Below, piece by piece: positions 1 to 8,816 of a DNA stretch of 32,000 nucleotides (the stretch's first letter is position 1; each line of letters opens with the position of its first letter). Source of the DNA: Acaryochloris marina MBIC11017 (GTDB taxonomy: Bacteria; Cyanobacteriota; Cyanobacteriia; Thermosynechococcales; Thermosynechococcaceae); assembly GCF_000018105.1 (NCBI RefSeq), contig NC_009925.1, positions 2,010,001 to 2,042,000 on the forward strand, read 5' to 3'. The position numbers and the translations under genes were made by a program. The notes beneath the pieces are model-generated. The model ran no database searches and had not been told where the DNA came from. It saw only the letters and a list, made by a program, of their open reading frames with translations.

Positions 1-890
1 GCCGTCTCTAAAACAGATTTATCAATTCGCAGATTGAAAAATTCAAAATCTTCAGGACACTGCTCTAATACCGATTTAAAAACATGTTTGAGAAAGGCTT
101 CTGCCAGATCCATATCCCCCTGTAAATCACAGAATGCAACCTCTGGTTCCACCATCCAAAATTCTGCTAGGTGCCTTGAAGTATTGGAATTTTCTGCTCT
201 AAAGGTCGGACCAAAAGTATAAACATTACAGAAGGCAGAGGCCATAATCTCTCCTTCTAACTGTCCGCTCACCGTCAAATAGGTCGGTTTGCCAAAAAAG
301 TCTTGACTGTAGTCAACCGTTTGATCTTCCGATAGGGGAACATCCTGAAGATTTAAGCTGGTGACCGCTAATTGCTCTCCTGCCCCCTCACAGTCACTAG
401 CCGTGATGATAGGTGTGTGAATCCACATAAAGTCCCGGTCTTGGAAAAATTGATGAATGGCCTGGGAACAGGCATTACGGATTCTGAAAACTGAACCCAA
501 GGTATTGGTGCGCGATCTCAAATGGGCAATCGTCCGTAAAAACTCAAAAGAATGTCGCTTTTTCTGGAGTGGATAGGTCTCTAAATCCGCTGTTCCCCAC
601 ACTTGCACCGCCTTGGCGACTAGCTCAACACGCTGATTTTTTCCTTGAGATGCCACCAACTCGCCCTCAATAGATACAGAGGATCCAGTATTTAATAATT
701 TGAGGGTTTGCTCATACTCTGGCAGGTTTTGGTTGACAACCACTTGCAGTCCCTGTAGCGATGACCCATCGTTCACATCTAGGAATGCAAACTCTTTTAG
801 CTCTCGTTTTGTACGAACCCAACCTTGCACTTTAATGCTTTCGCCCGGTGTCCCATGACGAAGTAACTCAATAATCCGTCTAATTTCCAT
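1..890 (-). CDS. asnS: Asparaginyl-tRNA synthetase, N-terminal ~296 codons. The gene continues beyond the left edge of the window.
   Basis: Absent from the ORF track because it runs off the window. My reverse-complement translation from the ATG at 890-888 reads MEIRRIIELLRHGTPGESIKVQGWVRTKRELKEFAFLDVNDGSS...FGPTFRAENSNTSRHLAEFWMVEPE. This is an OB-fold N-terminus plus the class IIb motif 2 typical of AsnRS. The frame stays open to position 1. Confidence 0.85.
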   Translation of the reverse strand, partial: MEIRRIIELLRHGTPGESIKVQGWVRTKRELKEFAFLDVNDGSSLQGLQVVVNQNLPEYEQTLKLLNTGSSVSIEGELVASQGKNQRVELVAKAVQVWGTADLETYPLQKKRHSFEFLRTIAHLRSRTNTLGSVFRIRNACSQAIHQFFQDRDFMWIHTPIITASDCEGAGEQLAVTSLNLQDVPLSEDQTVDYSQDFFGKPTYLTVSGQLEGEIMASAFCNVYTFGPTFRAENSNTSRHLAEFWMVEPEVAFCDLQGDMDLAEAFLKHVFKSVLEQCPEDFEFFNLRIDKSVLET

Positions 891-998
891 GCAGAAATGC
901 CACTTTTTTTATTACCAACACTGTCATCAGTCTAATCTGCGAATACTGTGGTCGGTATACTGGCACAAACTTCAATCAATCTATATTTCTAGGGATTA

Positions 999-1013
999 TT
1001 GTCAACTTGACAA
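999..1013. promoter_or_regulatory. Perfect palindrome TTGTCAA-C-TTGACAA in the AT-rich divergent intergenic region between asnS and the polysaccharide-export gene. Candidate dimeric regulator site.
   Basis: Read directly: 7-bp arms with a 1-nt spacer, about 110 nt upstream of the asnS start and about 150 nt upstream of the 1161 start. It does not match the NtcA (GTA-N8-TAC) or CRP (TGTGA-N6-TCACA) consensus. Confidence 0.25.
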
Positions 1014-1160
1014 ATCAATAAAATTGCCAGAACAACTGTCTCTATGTCACATTAGTGACTACTAGAAACATACCGACCTGCACAACGTCTCCAGATAAAC
1101 AATCGTTTATAATAATTGTTTTCTTCTAGGTATATAAATTAACTAGGGTTTTAACTAACT

Positions 1161-2615
1161 ATGATTAGGCCTCTTCACTCTGCAGCTCTGATTGCTATTG
1201 CAGCCTCGATAACCCCCATGTCTGCCGTAGCTCAAGTATCAACCTCAGAAGCCAACCAAACTTCTGAAGTTTTAACCGTTGCTCAAAATGCTGTAACCCC
1301 TAACCGTAATGCCCTAGCTAATCAGCAAGCTTATGTATTAGGACCTGGAGATGAAATCCAGCTCACAATGTTTGGGCAGCCTGAACTGTTTACCACTAAC
1401 TACCGGGTGTTAGTAGATGGGACGGTCAGCCTACCCTTAATCGGTCGGGTTCCGGTCGTCGGTCGCTCGATTGGCCAGGCTGAACGAGAAATATCTTTGC
1501 GCTACACACGCTTGTATCGACGCCCTTACGTCACCATGGTTTTGGTGAGAGCAAGAACAGTCACCCTAGCCGTAACAGGTGAAGTTAGACGGCCTGGGAC
1601 TTACCCAGTGGAATCGCCTAATCAAATCCCTACTGTGACCCAGCTGATTCAGTTAGCAGGTGGTGCATCACAATCTGCCGATTTAAGTAACGTCATTGTT
1701 AGACGCCCTCAATTGAATGGATCCGTACAGAACATCCCAGTAGATTTACTCAGGCTACTCCAGGAAGGTGACTTAAGCCAGAATCTAGAGTTACGTGATA
1801 AAGATACCGTTGTCATCAATGCCACTACAGAAATAGATAGACGGAACTCCTTACTGGTCAGTAATGCCAGCTTTTCCGCAGATCGGTCTGAGCCGATCAA
1901 TATAGCCATAGTGGGTGAGGTGTATCGTCCCGGTCCTCATACCATACGACCAGGTAGTGCTGACGTTAGAGATGCAGGAACCCTTGGAAATTCCAGGGCA
2001 GCATCCACGGAATTACCCACCGTCACCCAAGCCATTCAAACAGCTGGTGGTATCAAACCAGAGGCCAATATTCGTGAAGTTCGAGTCATTCGACGTCCCC
2101 ACAACGGAGACCCACAAACTATTGGTGTTGATCTCTGGAAGCTTTTGAAAGAAGGCGATTTATCTCAAGATATTGCCTTACAAGCAGGGGATACGATTGA
2201 AGTTCCCAAGGCCGTTGGCCTAACTGCTGCAGAAATGACAGAACTAGCGACGGTTAGCTTTGCCCCTGCCACGATCGACGTTAATGTAGTCGGAGAAGTT
2301 AAAAGCCCTGGAGTTGTCAAGATTCAACCCAATACCCCACTCAACACTGCCGTGCTAGCAGCTGGGGGATTTGATGATAGACGAGCGAATAAAAGCAAAG
2401 TTAAGTTAATCCGCCTCAATCCAGATGGTACCGTTGCTCAAAGGGATATCAAGGTCAATTTTAGCGAACCTGTTAATGAAGACACGAACCCTGCCCTTCG
2501 CAACAATGATGTCATCGTCGTCGGCCGCTCTGGATTGACGAAGTTTGGGGATGGTTTGCGCAATGTGCTCTCCCCCATTACCAGCGGTTTTGGCCTCTTT
2601 AACATTTTGTTCTAA
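1161..2615 (+). CDS. Periplasmic/outer-membrane polysaccharide export protein (Wza/KpsD-like): a Poly_export domain followed by three SLBB-type repeats.
   Basis: Signal peptide MIRPLHSAALIAIAASITPMSAVAQ. YVLGPGDEIQLTMFG...LVDGTVSLPLIGRVPVVG matches the Poly_export signature. Internal repeats are visible: GEVRRPGTY.../GEVYRPGPH.../GEVKSPGVV, and DLLRLLQEGDLSQN / DLWKLLKEGDLSQD. Confidence 0.8.
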   Translation: MIRPLHSAALIAIAASITPMSAVAQVSTSEANQTSEVLTVAQNAVTPNRNALANQQAYVLGPGDEIQLTMFGQPELFTTNYRVLVDGTVSLPLIGRVPVVGRSIGQAEREISLRYTRLYRRPYVTMVLVRARTVTLAVTGEVRRPGTYPVESPNQIPTVTQLIQLAGGASQSADLSNVIVRRPQLNGSVQNIPVDLLRLLQEGDLSQNLELRDKDTVVINATTEIDRRNSLLVSNASFSADRSEPINIAIVGEVYRPGPHTIRPGSADVRDAGTLGNSRAASTELPTVTQAIQTAGGIKPEANIREVRVIRRPHNGDPQTIGVDLWKLLKEGDLSQDIALQAGDTIEVPKAVGLTAAEMTELATVSFAPATIDVNVVGEVKSPGVVKIQPNTPLNTAVLAAGGFDDRRANKSKVKLIRLNPDGTVAQRDIKVNFSEPVNEDTNPALRNNDVIVVGRSGLTKFGDGLRNVLSPITSGFGLFNILF

Positions 2616-2660
2616 GAGACTGACAACTCGATTACAGACCATCCATCATCACATACTGTC

Positions 2661-2702
2661 CAACAACAGCACATGAGTTTTATGTGCTGTTGTTGCGTTT
2701 TG
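2661..2702 (+). terminator. Rho-independent terminator downstream of the export gene.
   Basis: A 14-bp perfect stem, caacaacagcacat (2661-2674) pairing with atgtgctgttgttg (2682-2695). The loop is 7 nt and the stem is followed by cgttttg. Confidence 0.7.
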
Positions 2703-2770
2703 CCCCAATGAACAGCAAAGCGGGCAGTTGCCCGATATGATAATTGGCAAGATTCACAGGATAGGACAAT

Positions 2771-4162
2771 ATGCGCATCCTTTTCGTTTCAGCAGAAGTT
2801 GCTCCATTTGCCAAAGTTGGTGGCATGGCAGATGTAGTTGGAGCACTTCCTGCCGTCCTTAGGAGTATGGGGCACGATGTGCGCATATTTATGCCTTACT
2901 ACGGTTTTCTTCCAGACAAAATCACAATTCCTAAAGAACCGGTTTGGTCAGGGTCGGCTATGTTCGAAGATTTCACCGTTTTCGAAACAGTATTACCTCA
3001 AGCAGACGTTCCCCTCTATTTATTCAAACATTCAACTTTTTCTCCTCGCCATATCTACGGTGGAGAGAACGAAGACTGGCGCTTTACTTTCTTTGCTAAT
3101 GGCGCTGCAGAATTTTGTTGGAACTATTGGAAACCTGACATTGTTCACTGCCATGACTGGCATACAGGGATGATACCGGTTTGGATGCATCAATCTCCGG
3201 ATATATCGACCGTATTCACCATTCACAACCTAGGGTATCAAGGCCCTTGGCGATGGCGATTGGAGCAAATGACTTGGTGCCCATGGTATATGCAAGGACA
3301 TAACACCTTGGCGGCAGCCGTCCAATATGCAGATCAAGTGAATACCGTCTCTCCAACCTATGCTCAACAGATTCAGACCACTGCTTATGGCGAAACCCTA
3401 GAAGGATTGATGTCCTTCATTAGCGGTAAACTCGTGGGTATTTTAAACGGAATCGATGTTGAGTCTTTTGACCCCAGTACTGACAAGTACATTCCCCAAA
3501 ATTACTCTGCTACCTCCTTAGACAAACGACGAGCCAATAAGATTGCATTGCAAGAAGAGTTGGGCTTAGAGGTTAATTCTGGTGCATTCGTAGTAGGGAT
3601 GATTGCCCGTCTCGTCGAACAAAAAGGCTTAGATCTAGTCATTCAGGTTCTTGACCGGTTTATGGCGTATACAGATGCACAATTTGTACTGTTGGGCACC
3701 GGCGATCGCTACTATGAAACTCAGCTATGGCAAATTGCCTCAAGGTTTAACGGTCGGATGTCTACGCAGCTTCTGTACAATCCAGGATTATCCAGGCGAG
3801 TATATGCTGGAGCTGATGCATTTCTAATGCCCAGTCGGTATGAACCCTGTGGCATCAGCCAAATGCTCGCCCTGCGGTATGGATGTGTTCCAATCGTTCG
3901 TCGAACAGGTGGATTAGTAGACACCGTTAGCCATCATGACCCCAATGAGCAAACAGGGACAGGCTATTGTTTTGATCGATACGAACCACTTGATTTATAT
4001 ACCTGTATGATTCGGGCTTGGGAAGGATTTCATTATCATGATGCCTGGCAATCACTACAGAAACGAGGCATGCAAGTGGATTTTAGCTGGGCTAAATCTG
4101 CAAAGGAATACAATAAGATGTATCACAAAATATTAGGACTGCCCTCTACAGCCATCTCTTAA
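2771..4162 (+). CDS. glgA: Glycogen (starch) synthase.
   Basis: The N-terminus [27 protein letters not shown] is the canonical GlgA KxGG ADP-glucose motif region. The C-terminal [11 protein letters not shown] and [11 protein letters not shown] motifs are also present. Confidence 0.95.
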   Translation: MRILFVSAEVAPFAKVGGMADVVGALPAVLRSMGHDVRIFMPYYGFLPDKITIPKEPVWSGSAMFEDFTVFETVLPQADVPLYLFKHSTFSPRHIYGGENEDWRFTFFANGAAEFCWNYWKPDIVHCHDWHTGMIPVWMHQSPDISTVFTIHNLGYQGPWRWRLEQMTWCPWYMQGHNTLAAAVQYADQVNTVSPTYAQQIQTTAYGETLEGLMSFISGKLVGILNGIDVESFDPSTDKYIPQNYSATSLDKRRANKIALQEELGLEVNSGAFVVGMIARLVEQKGLDLVIQVLDRFMAYTDAQFVLLGTGDRYYETQLWQIASRFNGRMSTQLLYNPGLSRRVYAGADAFLMPSRYEPCGISQMLALRYGCVPIVRRTGGLVDTVSHHDPNEQTGTGYCFDRYEPLDLYTCMIRAWEGFHYHDAWQSLQKRGMQVDFSWAKSAKEYNKMYHKILGLPSTAIS

Positions 4163-4473
4163 TAACATTTTGAACCTCTATAAGCTGCTGTTGTTACTCA
4201 CTAATGTGGCATCAAAGACAGGTCGACCGTCTGCTCTTATGAGACAATGCAAGAGTAATAAAATACATATGTCGAGTGAAGAGCTTAGGGCTTGCCATCT
4301 TAAACACCAGATGCCAATTTAGTTATTAACGGCTAGCGAATACTATTACTAACAAAAAGCATTGCTGAATGTTATCGATTTGCTGTGTCCACTGAAATAA
4401 CTGCTGCTTAGGTGTATTGTTGTCTGTCCTCAAGCATTCGTTTACCGTTCAATTCTAATCTCTGAGTTTTACC

Positions 4474-4722
4474 ATGACCATTTATATTGGCAATCTGTCT
4501 TACCAAGCCACTGAAAACGATGTCCGAGAAGTTTTTAATGAGTATGGCACTGTTAAGCGAGTTGTTCTCCCAGTAGATCGTGAAACAGGCCGGATGCGGG
4601 GTTTTGCCTTCGTGGAAATGACAGAAGATAATGATGAAGAAACAGCGATTGCTGATTTAGATGGTGCTGAGTGGATGGGACGACAGCTAAAAGTCAATAA
4701 AGCTAAGCCTCGCGAACGATAA
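4474..4722 (+). CDS. rbp: Single-RRM RNA-binding protein, short cyanobacterial Rbp type without a Gly-rich tail.
   Basis: RNP2 IYIGNL and RNP1 RGFAFVEM motifs in 82 aa. It is preceded by a 311-nt untranslated gap, as is typical for rbp genes. Confidence 0.9.
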   Translation: MTIYIGNLSYQATENDVREVFNEYGTVKRVVLPVDRETGRMRGFAFVEMTEDNDEETAIADLDGAEWMGRQLKVNKAKPRER

Positions 4723-4856
4723 ACGATCATTCCAAAATTCTCAGTTGTCTTTAGCTATTCACCTATAGCCTTTCAGTATTAAATCTGTGTCGGGAGCCTC
4801 AACGGCTCATAGGGCAGATACGAAAATTCAATATCATGAGCCCTATATTTGAGATT

Positions 4857-4916
4857 TTTCTCTAAAAAGAAACCGCTTCATCTGTTGGATAACGAAGCGG
4901 TTTCTTTTTAGAGAAA
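4857..4916. terminator. Long perfect hairpin, probable bidirectional terminator, 135 nt downstream of rbp.
   Basis: TCTCTAAAAAGAAACCGCTTC (4859-4879) is the exact reverse complement of GAAGCGGTTTCTTTTTAGAGA (4894-4914). The stem extends by 2 further A-T pairs, and a T-run lies in the 3' arm on either strand. Confidence 0.65.
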
Positions 4917-5155
4917 TTTTATTAAAGGCTGTTGGTACAAACCTCACAAACGCCTTGTCTATATCCAAGTAAGCTGAGAACACAAGTTTGGATGAGTGAC
5001 CAATGGACACTTAACCCTCAAAACTAAGGGCGACTTAAAGAGTATTTACTAATCAGTTCGACATGCTGGCTTTGAGTACTCAAGCCAACAAATGACCAAA
5101 GACAAACTACTTTTGAGAACGAACTATCGTCTTAGTTATGAACGAGAAACCCGCA

Positions 5156-5187
5156 CAAAAGTACCTAGTTAACGATAACTAGGTACT
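5156..5187 (-). terminator. Rho-independent terminator of psbM.
   Basis: A 12-bp perfect stem, agtacctagtta (5160-5171) pairing with taactaggtact (5176-5187), with a 4-nt loop. On the minus strand it is followed by TTTT (complement of 5156-5159). Confidence 0.7.
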
Positions 5188-5225
5188 CTCAATCATCCTT
5201 TCAAATATCGTGCAAGGATTCTTGA

Positions 5226-5330
5226 CTAGCTTCCCCGGCTAGCGGTTTGAGCATAGAGAAGAATCAGAAACACACAAGGTATGAAGACGAATAAAGCGGT
5301 AGCAATTGCACCTAAATCATTAACTGGCAT
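5226..5330 (-). CDS. psbM: Photosystem II reaction-centre protein M (34 aa).
   Basis: Below the ORF-track cutoff. My translation is [34 protein letters not shown], which matches the PsbM pattern (M.VN.LG.IATALFV..P..FLI.LY.QT) with a single TM helix. Confidence 0.85.
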   Translation of the reverse strand: MPVNDLGAIATALFVFIPCVFLILLYAQTASRGS

Positions 5331-5489
5331 AGGAATTAATCTCTATCTCATCTGGGCATTTATAAACTTTACAATACCATTTTTGCTAAACCTCTTTGGA
5401 AAGATTTATCAATACCTACTTGAACAACACGGATGGTCATGCCTCTCTACGCTCCCTTATACAGGTCACAATTGGAATGACGATGACAG

Positions 5490-5789
5490 CTATGAAGGCT
5501 TGGTTTTAATGGAAGCAGACCCAAGCACCAAAGTTTGACAAGCGAGGCGATACGTCTCGGGTTTTCTCTTAAGCTTGGCATCTTCTACAGGCGTTCGAGG
5601 AGAAAGGTTCTCCATTCCCTCAACAACCTCAATAAGGCATGTTCCACATTGGCCATAGCCTCCGCAGTTCATTAACTTACCCTTAAACGTGTAGAGGTCA
5701 ATCTTGTTATCCAGCGCAACCGAGCGTAGATCATCTTCTTCTGAAATATCTATCTCTTGGCTTTCATTAACAAACAGAATGCTGGACAT
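5490..5789 (-). CDS. Small [2Fe-2S] ferredoxin-fold protein.
   Basis: Cys pattern C-x5-C-x2-C-x32-C ([15 protein letters not shown]...RLACQT) in 99 aa. No hairpin separates it from psbM downstream, so the two may be co-transcribed. Confidence 0.75.
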   Translation of the reverse strand: MSSILFVNESQEIDISEEDDLRSVALDNKIDLYTFKGKLMNCGGYGQCGTCLIEVVEGMENLSPRTPVEDAKLKRKPETYRLACQTLVLGSASIKTKPS

Positions 5790-6326
5790 AGTTGGCGATA
5801 TACCTTGGATCTGAGATTTATTTAGTAAATGTTTACAGGTAAAGGGTTCAGCACAGAGAGTTTAGCAATAAGTTCATCAGCAGACAGGCCGACCAATTGC
5901 CAGTACGCCCGAATTTCAAATCGTTAAGTTCTCTTGCATTGAGTCCCTACTCTAGTTACACTTCGTTATACACTTTATTGTTTCGTATAGTACATTAGGT
6001 TGCCCTCAATCATTCAAACTCCAGAATCATTTACCACTGTTTCCAAAAGTTTGAGTGTGTCTTGCTTGTTTTAATAATAATCAGCATATTAGCCTACACC
6101 GTTGAGTTCTAGTGACTTCAATGTCAACTTAGGTCTGCCATGTAAGCACTAAGTATGATTCAATGAATCACAGTGACGACAGCAGTTGGCTTAAATTACT
6201 GAATTACTGCAATTGATACAAGAAGGGCTTCATAAACCAATTGTTTGTGAGGTCTTATTAGGATCGGCCCATTAAAAAAATGCTGCAAGTTAAAGTATTG
6301 ACGTTTTAAGAGGAGGAGCGTAGTCG

Positions 6327-7847
6327 ATGGGACTACCCTGGTACCGAGTACACACAGTCGTCCTGAATGATCCAGGACGACTGCTATCTGTGCATTTGAT
6401 GCACACTGCCCTGGTAAGCGGCTGGGCAGGCTCCATGGCACTCTACGAGTTGGCCAAGTACGATCCAAGCGATCCAGTATTAAACCCCATGTGGCGTCAA
6501 GGCACATTCGTTATGCCTGTGATGACTCGCATTGGTGTCACTCACTCTTGGAGTGGCTGGACAGTTACTGGTGAGCCTTGGGTTACACAGCCAGGAATTT
6601 TAGGCGCACACCTAAACTTCTTTAGTTATGAGGGTGTCATCCTCATGCATATCCTGGCTGCAGGTTTGTTTTTCTTAGCTGCCGTTTGGCACTGGATTAA
6701 CTGGGATTTAGACATCTACTATCCCGATGGTTCTTCTGAGCCCGCAAGTGATTGGCCCAAAATTTTCGGTCTTCACCTACTGACATTAGGAATTGTTTGT
6801 TTCGGCTTTGGATCTCTCCACTTAACTGGAATCTTAGGCCCAGGCATGTGGGTTTCGGATCCTTACGGACTCACAGGTCATGTGCAAGGGGTTAGCCCAG
6901 ATTGGAGACCATTTGCCTTTGACCCCTACAATCCCACAGGTTTGGTTACTCACCATATCTCTGCAGGGATTGCCCTCATCATTGGCGGCATTTTCCACAC
7001 TGTTTCTCGTCCTTCTGAGCGCCTTTATAACGCTCTCAGCATGGGTAACGTTGAAACCGTACTATCCAGTTCTGTTGCCTTTGTAGCTGCGGCTGCATTC
7101 GTAATGGTTGGAACCATGTGGTATGGAAGTGCAACTACTCCAATCGAATTGTTTGGTCCTACTCGTTATCAGTGGGATAGCGGTTACTTCCAAACTGAAA
7201 TCCAGCGCCGTGTGCAGTCTGGTCAAACATGGGATCAAATCCCTGAGAAGCTTGTTTTCTACGATTACATCGGTAATAGCCCTGCTAAAGGTGGTTTATT
7301 CCGCACAGGTGCTATGAACAGTGGTGACGGTATTGCTAGAGCATGGGAAGGTCATCCTACATTTACGGATTCTGAAGGTCGTGAGTTGTTCGTGCGACGC
7401 ATGCCCAACTTCTTCGAAACTTTCCCAGTTGTTCTAACTGACAAAGATGGTGTTGTCCGCGCTGACATTCCTTTCCGACGAGCTGAATCTCGATACAGCT
7501 TTGAGCAGAAAGGTGTTTCAGTCTCCTTTGAAGGTGGTACTCTAAACGGTCAAACCTTCACCGATGCTCCTTCTGTTAAGAAGTATGCTCGTAAAGCTCA
7601 GCTTGGTGAACCTTTTGAGTTCGATCGTGAAACGCTTGGTTCTGATGGTGTTTTCCGAACCAGCACTCGTGGTTGGTTTGCATTCAGCCACTCTTGCTAT
7701 GCACTACTCTTCTTCTTCGGTCACTGGTGGCATGGCGCTCGTACCATCTTCAAGGATGTGTTCGAGGGTGTTGATCCTAACCTACCTGAAGAGCAAGTGG
7801 AATGGGGTGTCTTCCAGAAAGTTGGTGACACAACCACCCGTGCTTAG
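6327..7847 (+). CDS. psbB: Photosystem II CP47 chlorophyll apoprotein.
   Basis: [42 protein letters not shown]... A His is present at each position I recall as chlorophyll-ligating (HTVV, VHLMH, LMHIL, WHW, LHLL, LHLTG, THHIS, FHTV, FSHS, GHWWHG). AGGAGG (6311-6316) lies 10 nt upstream of the ATG, and psbT follows. Confidence 0.97.
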   Translation: MGLPWYRVHTVVLNDPGRLLSVHLMHTALVSGWAGSMALYELAKYDPSDPVLNPMWRQGTFVMPVMTRIGVTHSWSGWTVTGEPWVTQPGILGAHLNFFSYEGVILMHILAAGLFFLAAVWHWINWDLDIYYPDGSSEPASDWPKIFGLHLLTLGIVCFGFGSLHLTGILGPGMWVSDPYGLTGHVQGVSPDWRPFAFDPYNPTGLVTHHISAGIALIIGGIFHTVSRPSERLYNALSMGNVETVLSSSVAFVAAAAFVMVGTMWYGSATTPIELFGPTRYQWDSGYFQTEIQRRVQSGQTWDQIPEKLVFYDYIGNSPAKGGLFRTGAMNSGDGIARAWEGHPTFTDSEGRELFVRRMPNFFETFPVVLTDKDGVVRADIPFRRAESRYSFEQKGVSVSFEGGTLNGQTFTDAPSVKKYARKAQLGEPFEFDRETLGSDGVFRTSTRGWFAFSHSCYALLFFFGHWWHGARTIFKDVFEGVDPNLPEEQVEWGVFQKVGDTTTRA

Positions 7848-8008
7848 TCAGTCCTAAAAGGATGTTGAATTCTAAGGAAGTGCTGATTAGCACTCACTAG
7901 GTTCAAAAAGAAGGCTACTGAACGCTTCTAAGTCCGACAATGATTAGAATGTGTATAGGTAGCCTTCTTAGTTATTTGAATTAGCATTTATTGAGGGGTT
8001 TTAATCCT

Positions 8009-8101
8009 ATGGACGTTATTGCTTACGTATTTATTCTTGCCTGTCTAATCGGGTTGTTTTTCTTTGCAGTGTTTTTCCGCGAGAAGCCTACTCGAATCTA
8101 G
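8009..8101 (+). CDS. psbT: Photosystem II protein T (30 aa).
   Basis: Below the ORF-track cutoff. The translation MDVIAYVFILACLIGLFFFAVFFREKPTRI* matches the PsbT pattern (..YVFIFAC....FFFA.FFRE.P) and sits in the canonical position after psbB. Confidence 0.9.
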   Translation: MDVIAYVFILACLIGLFFFAVFFREKPTRI

Positions 8102-8160
8102 ATTGATCGAGCTTCTAGAGTACTAGCTGCATTTAGGCTAGTTCAATAAGTTCAATGATA

Positions 8161-8190
8161 AAAACCGCTTTCTTGTGAAGGCGGTTTTTT
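8161..8190. terminator. Bidirectional terminator shared by psbT (+) and rimM (-).
   Basis: Stem aaaaccgcttt pairing with aaggcggtttt, with one G-U pair. The loop is cttgtg, and A/T runs flank the stem on both sides. Confidence 0.7.
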
Positions 8191-8203
8191 GCATCAACTG
8201 ACT

Positions 8204-8782
8204 TTATTCAGGAATCAATCCTTTAGGAGGAGTGATTTCTATGCGTTTAGTCGCTATATCTACAATAGGGACTAGAGCTGAGACAAATGGTAGCAGAATC
8301 GTTTTTGTAGTGTTGTCAAGTTGGATTTCCAGCAGATCATTGCCTGCACTGGCAAGGCTAACGACTGAACCTACGACTGCTTGGGTTTGGTGATCAACAA
8401 CTGTTACTCCGATCAAATCAGACAGATAATATTCGCCCTCTGCCAAGGTGGGGCGATCATTGCTGCGAACGAGAAGTTTGGTTCCTTTTAGAGCTTCGGA
8501 TTGATCTCTAAAGTTGACGTTGGCCAATTTAACAACATAAATCCCTTTACGTTCAACAAAGCGACCTCTGATAAGTTGAATCTCTTCTGGAGTCGATGCT
8601 TCGGTAGGGGATACTAGCCAGCGGAGGCCCGGCTGGGTAAAGCGCTCAGGAAAGTCTGAATCTGGATAAACTTTAACCTCCCCATTTAATCCATGGGCAC
8701 CTACGATGGTGCCAACTTCTAACCATTCTTCTGAAGTGTCATCATTGGGTAAATCTGGGGAAAGGGAGTCACTCACCGGCAT
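8204..8782 (-). CDS. rimM: 16S rRNA processing protein RimM.
   Basis: EWLEVGTIVGAHGLNGEVKVYPDSDFPERF is the RimM N-terminal signature, and a PRC-barrel-like C-terminus follows. I prefer the ATG at 8782 (MPVSDS...) over the ORF-track TTG at 8860, which would overlap avtA by 44 nt. Confidence 0.85.
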   Translation of the reverse strand: MPVSDSLSPDLPNDDTSEEWLEVGTIVGAHGLNGEVKVYPDSDFPERFTQPGLRWLVSPTEASTPEEIQLIRGRFVERKGIYVVKLANVNFRDQSEALKGTKLLVRSNDRPTLAEGEYYLSDLIGVTVVDHQTQAVVGSVVSLASAGNDLLEIQLDNTTKTILLPFVSALVPIVDIATKRIEITPPKGLIPE

Positions 8783-8816
8783 ATCCTTTAAGTTGAAATG
8801 AGCTGGAGGGGCCTCA

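Noticed and set aside
5281-5538. 85-aa plus-strand ORF.
   Set aside because: It overlaps psbM in antisense at its 5' end and the ferredoxin-fold gene at its 3' end. The psbM reading is far better supported.
6196-6507. 103-aa minus-strand ORF across the psbB start.
   Set aside because: It is antisense to the highly conserved psbB N-terminus and its Shine-Dalgarno region, with no recognisable features.
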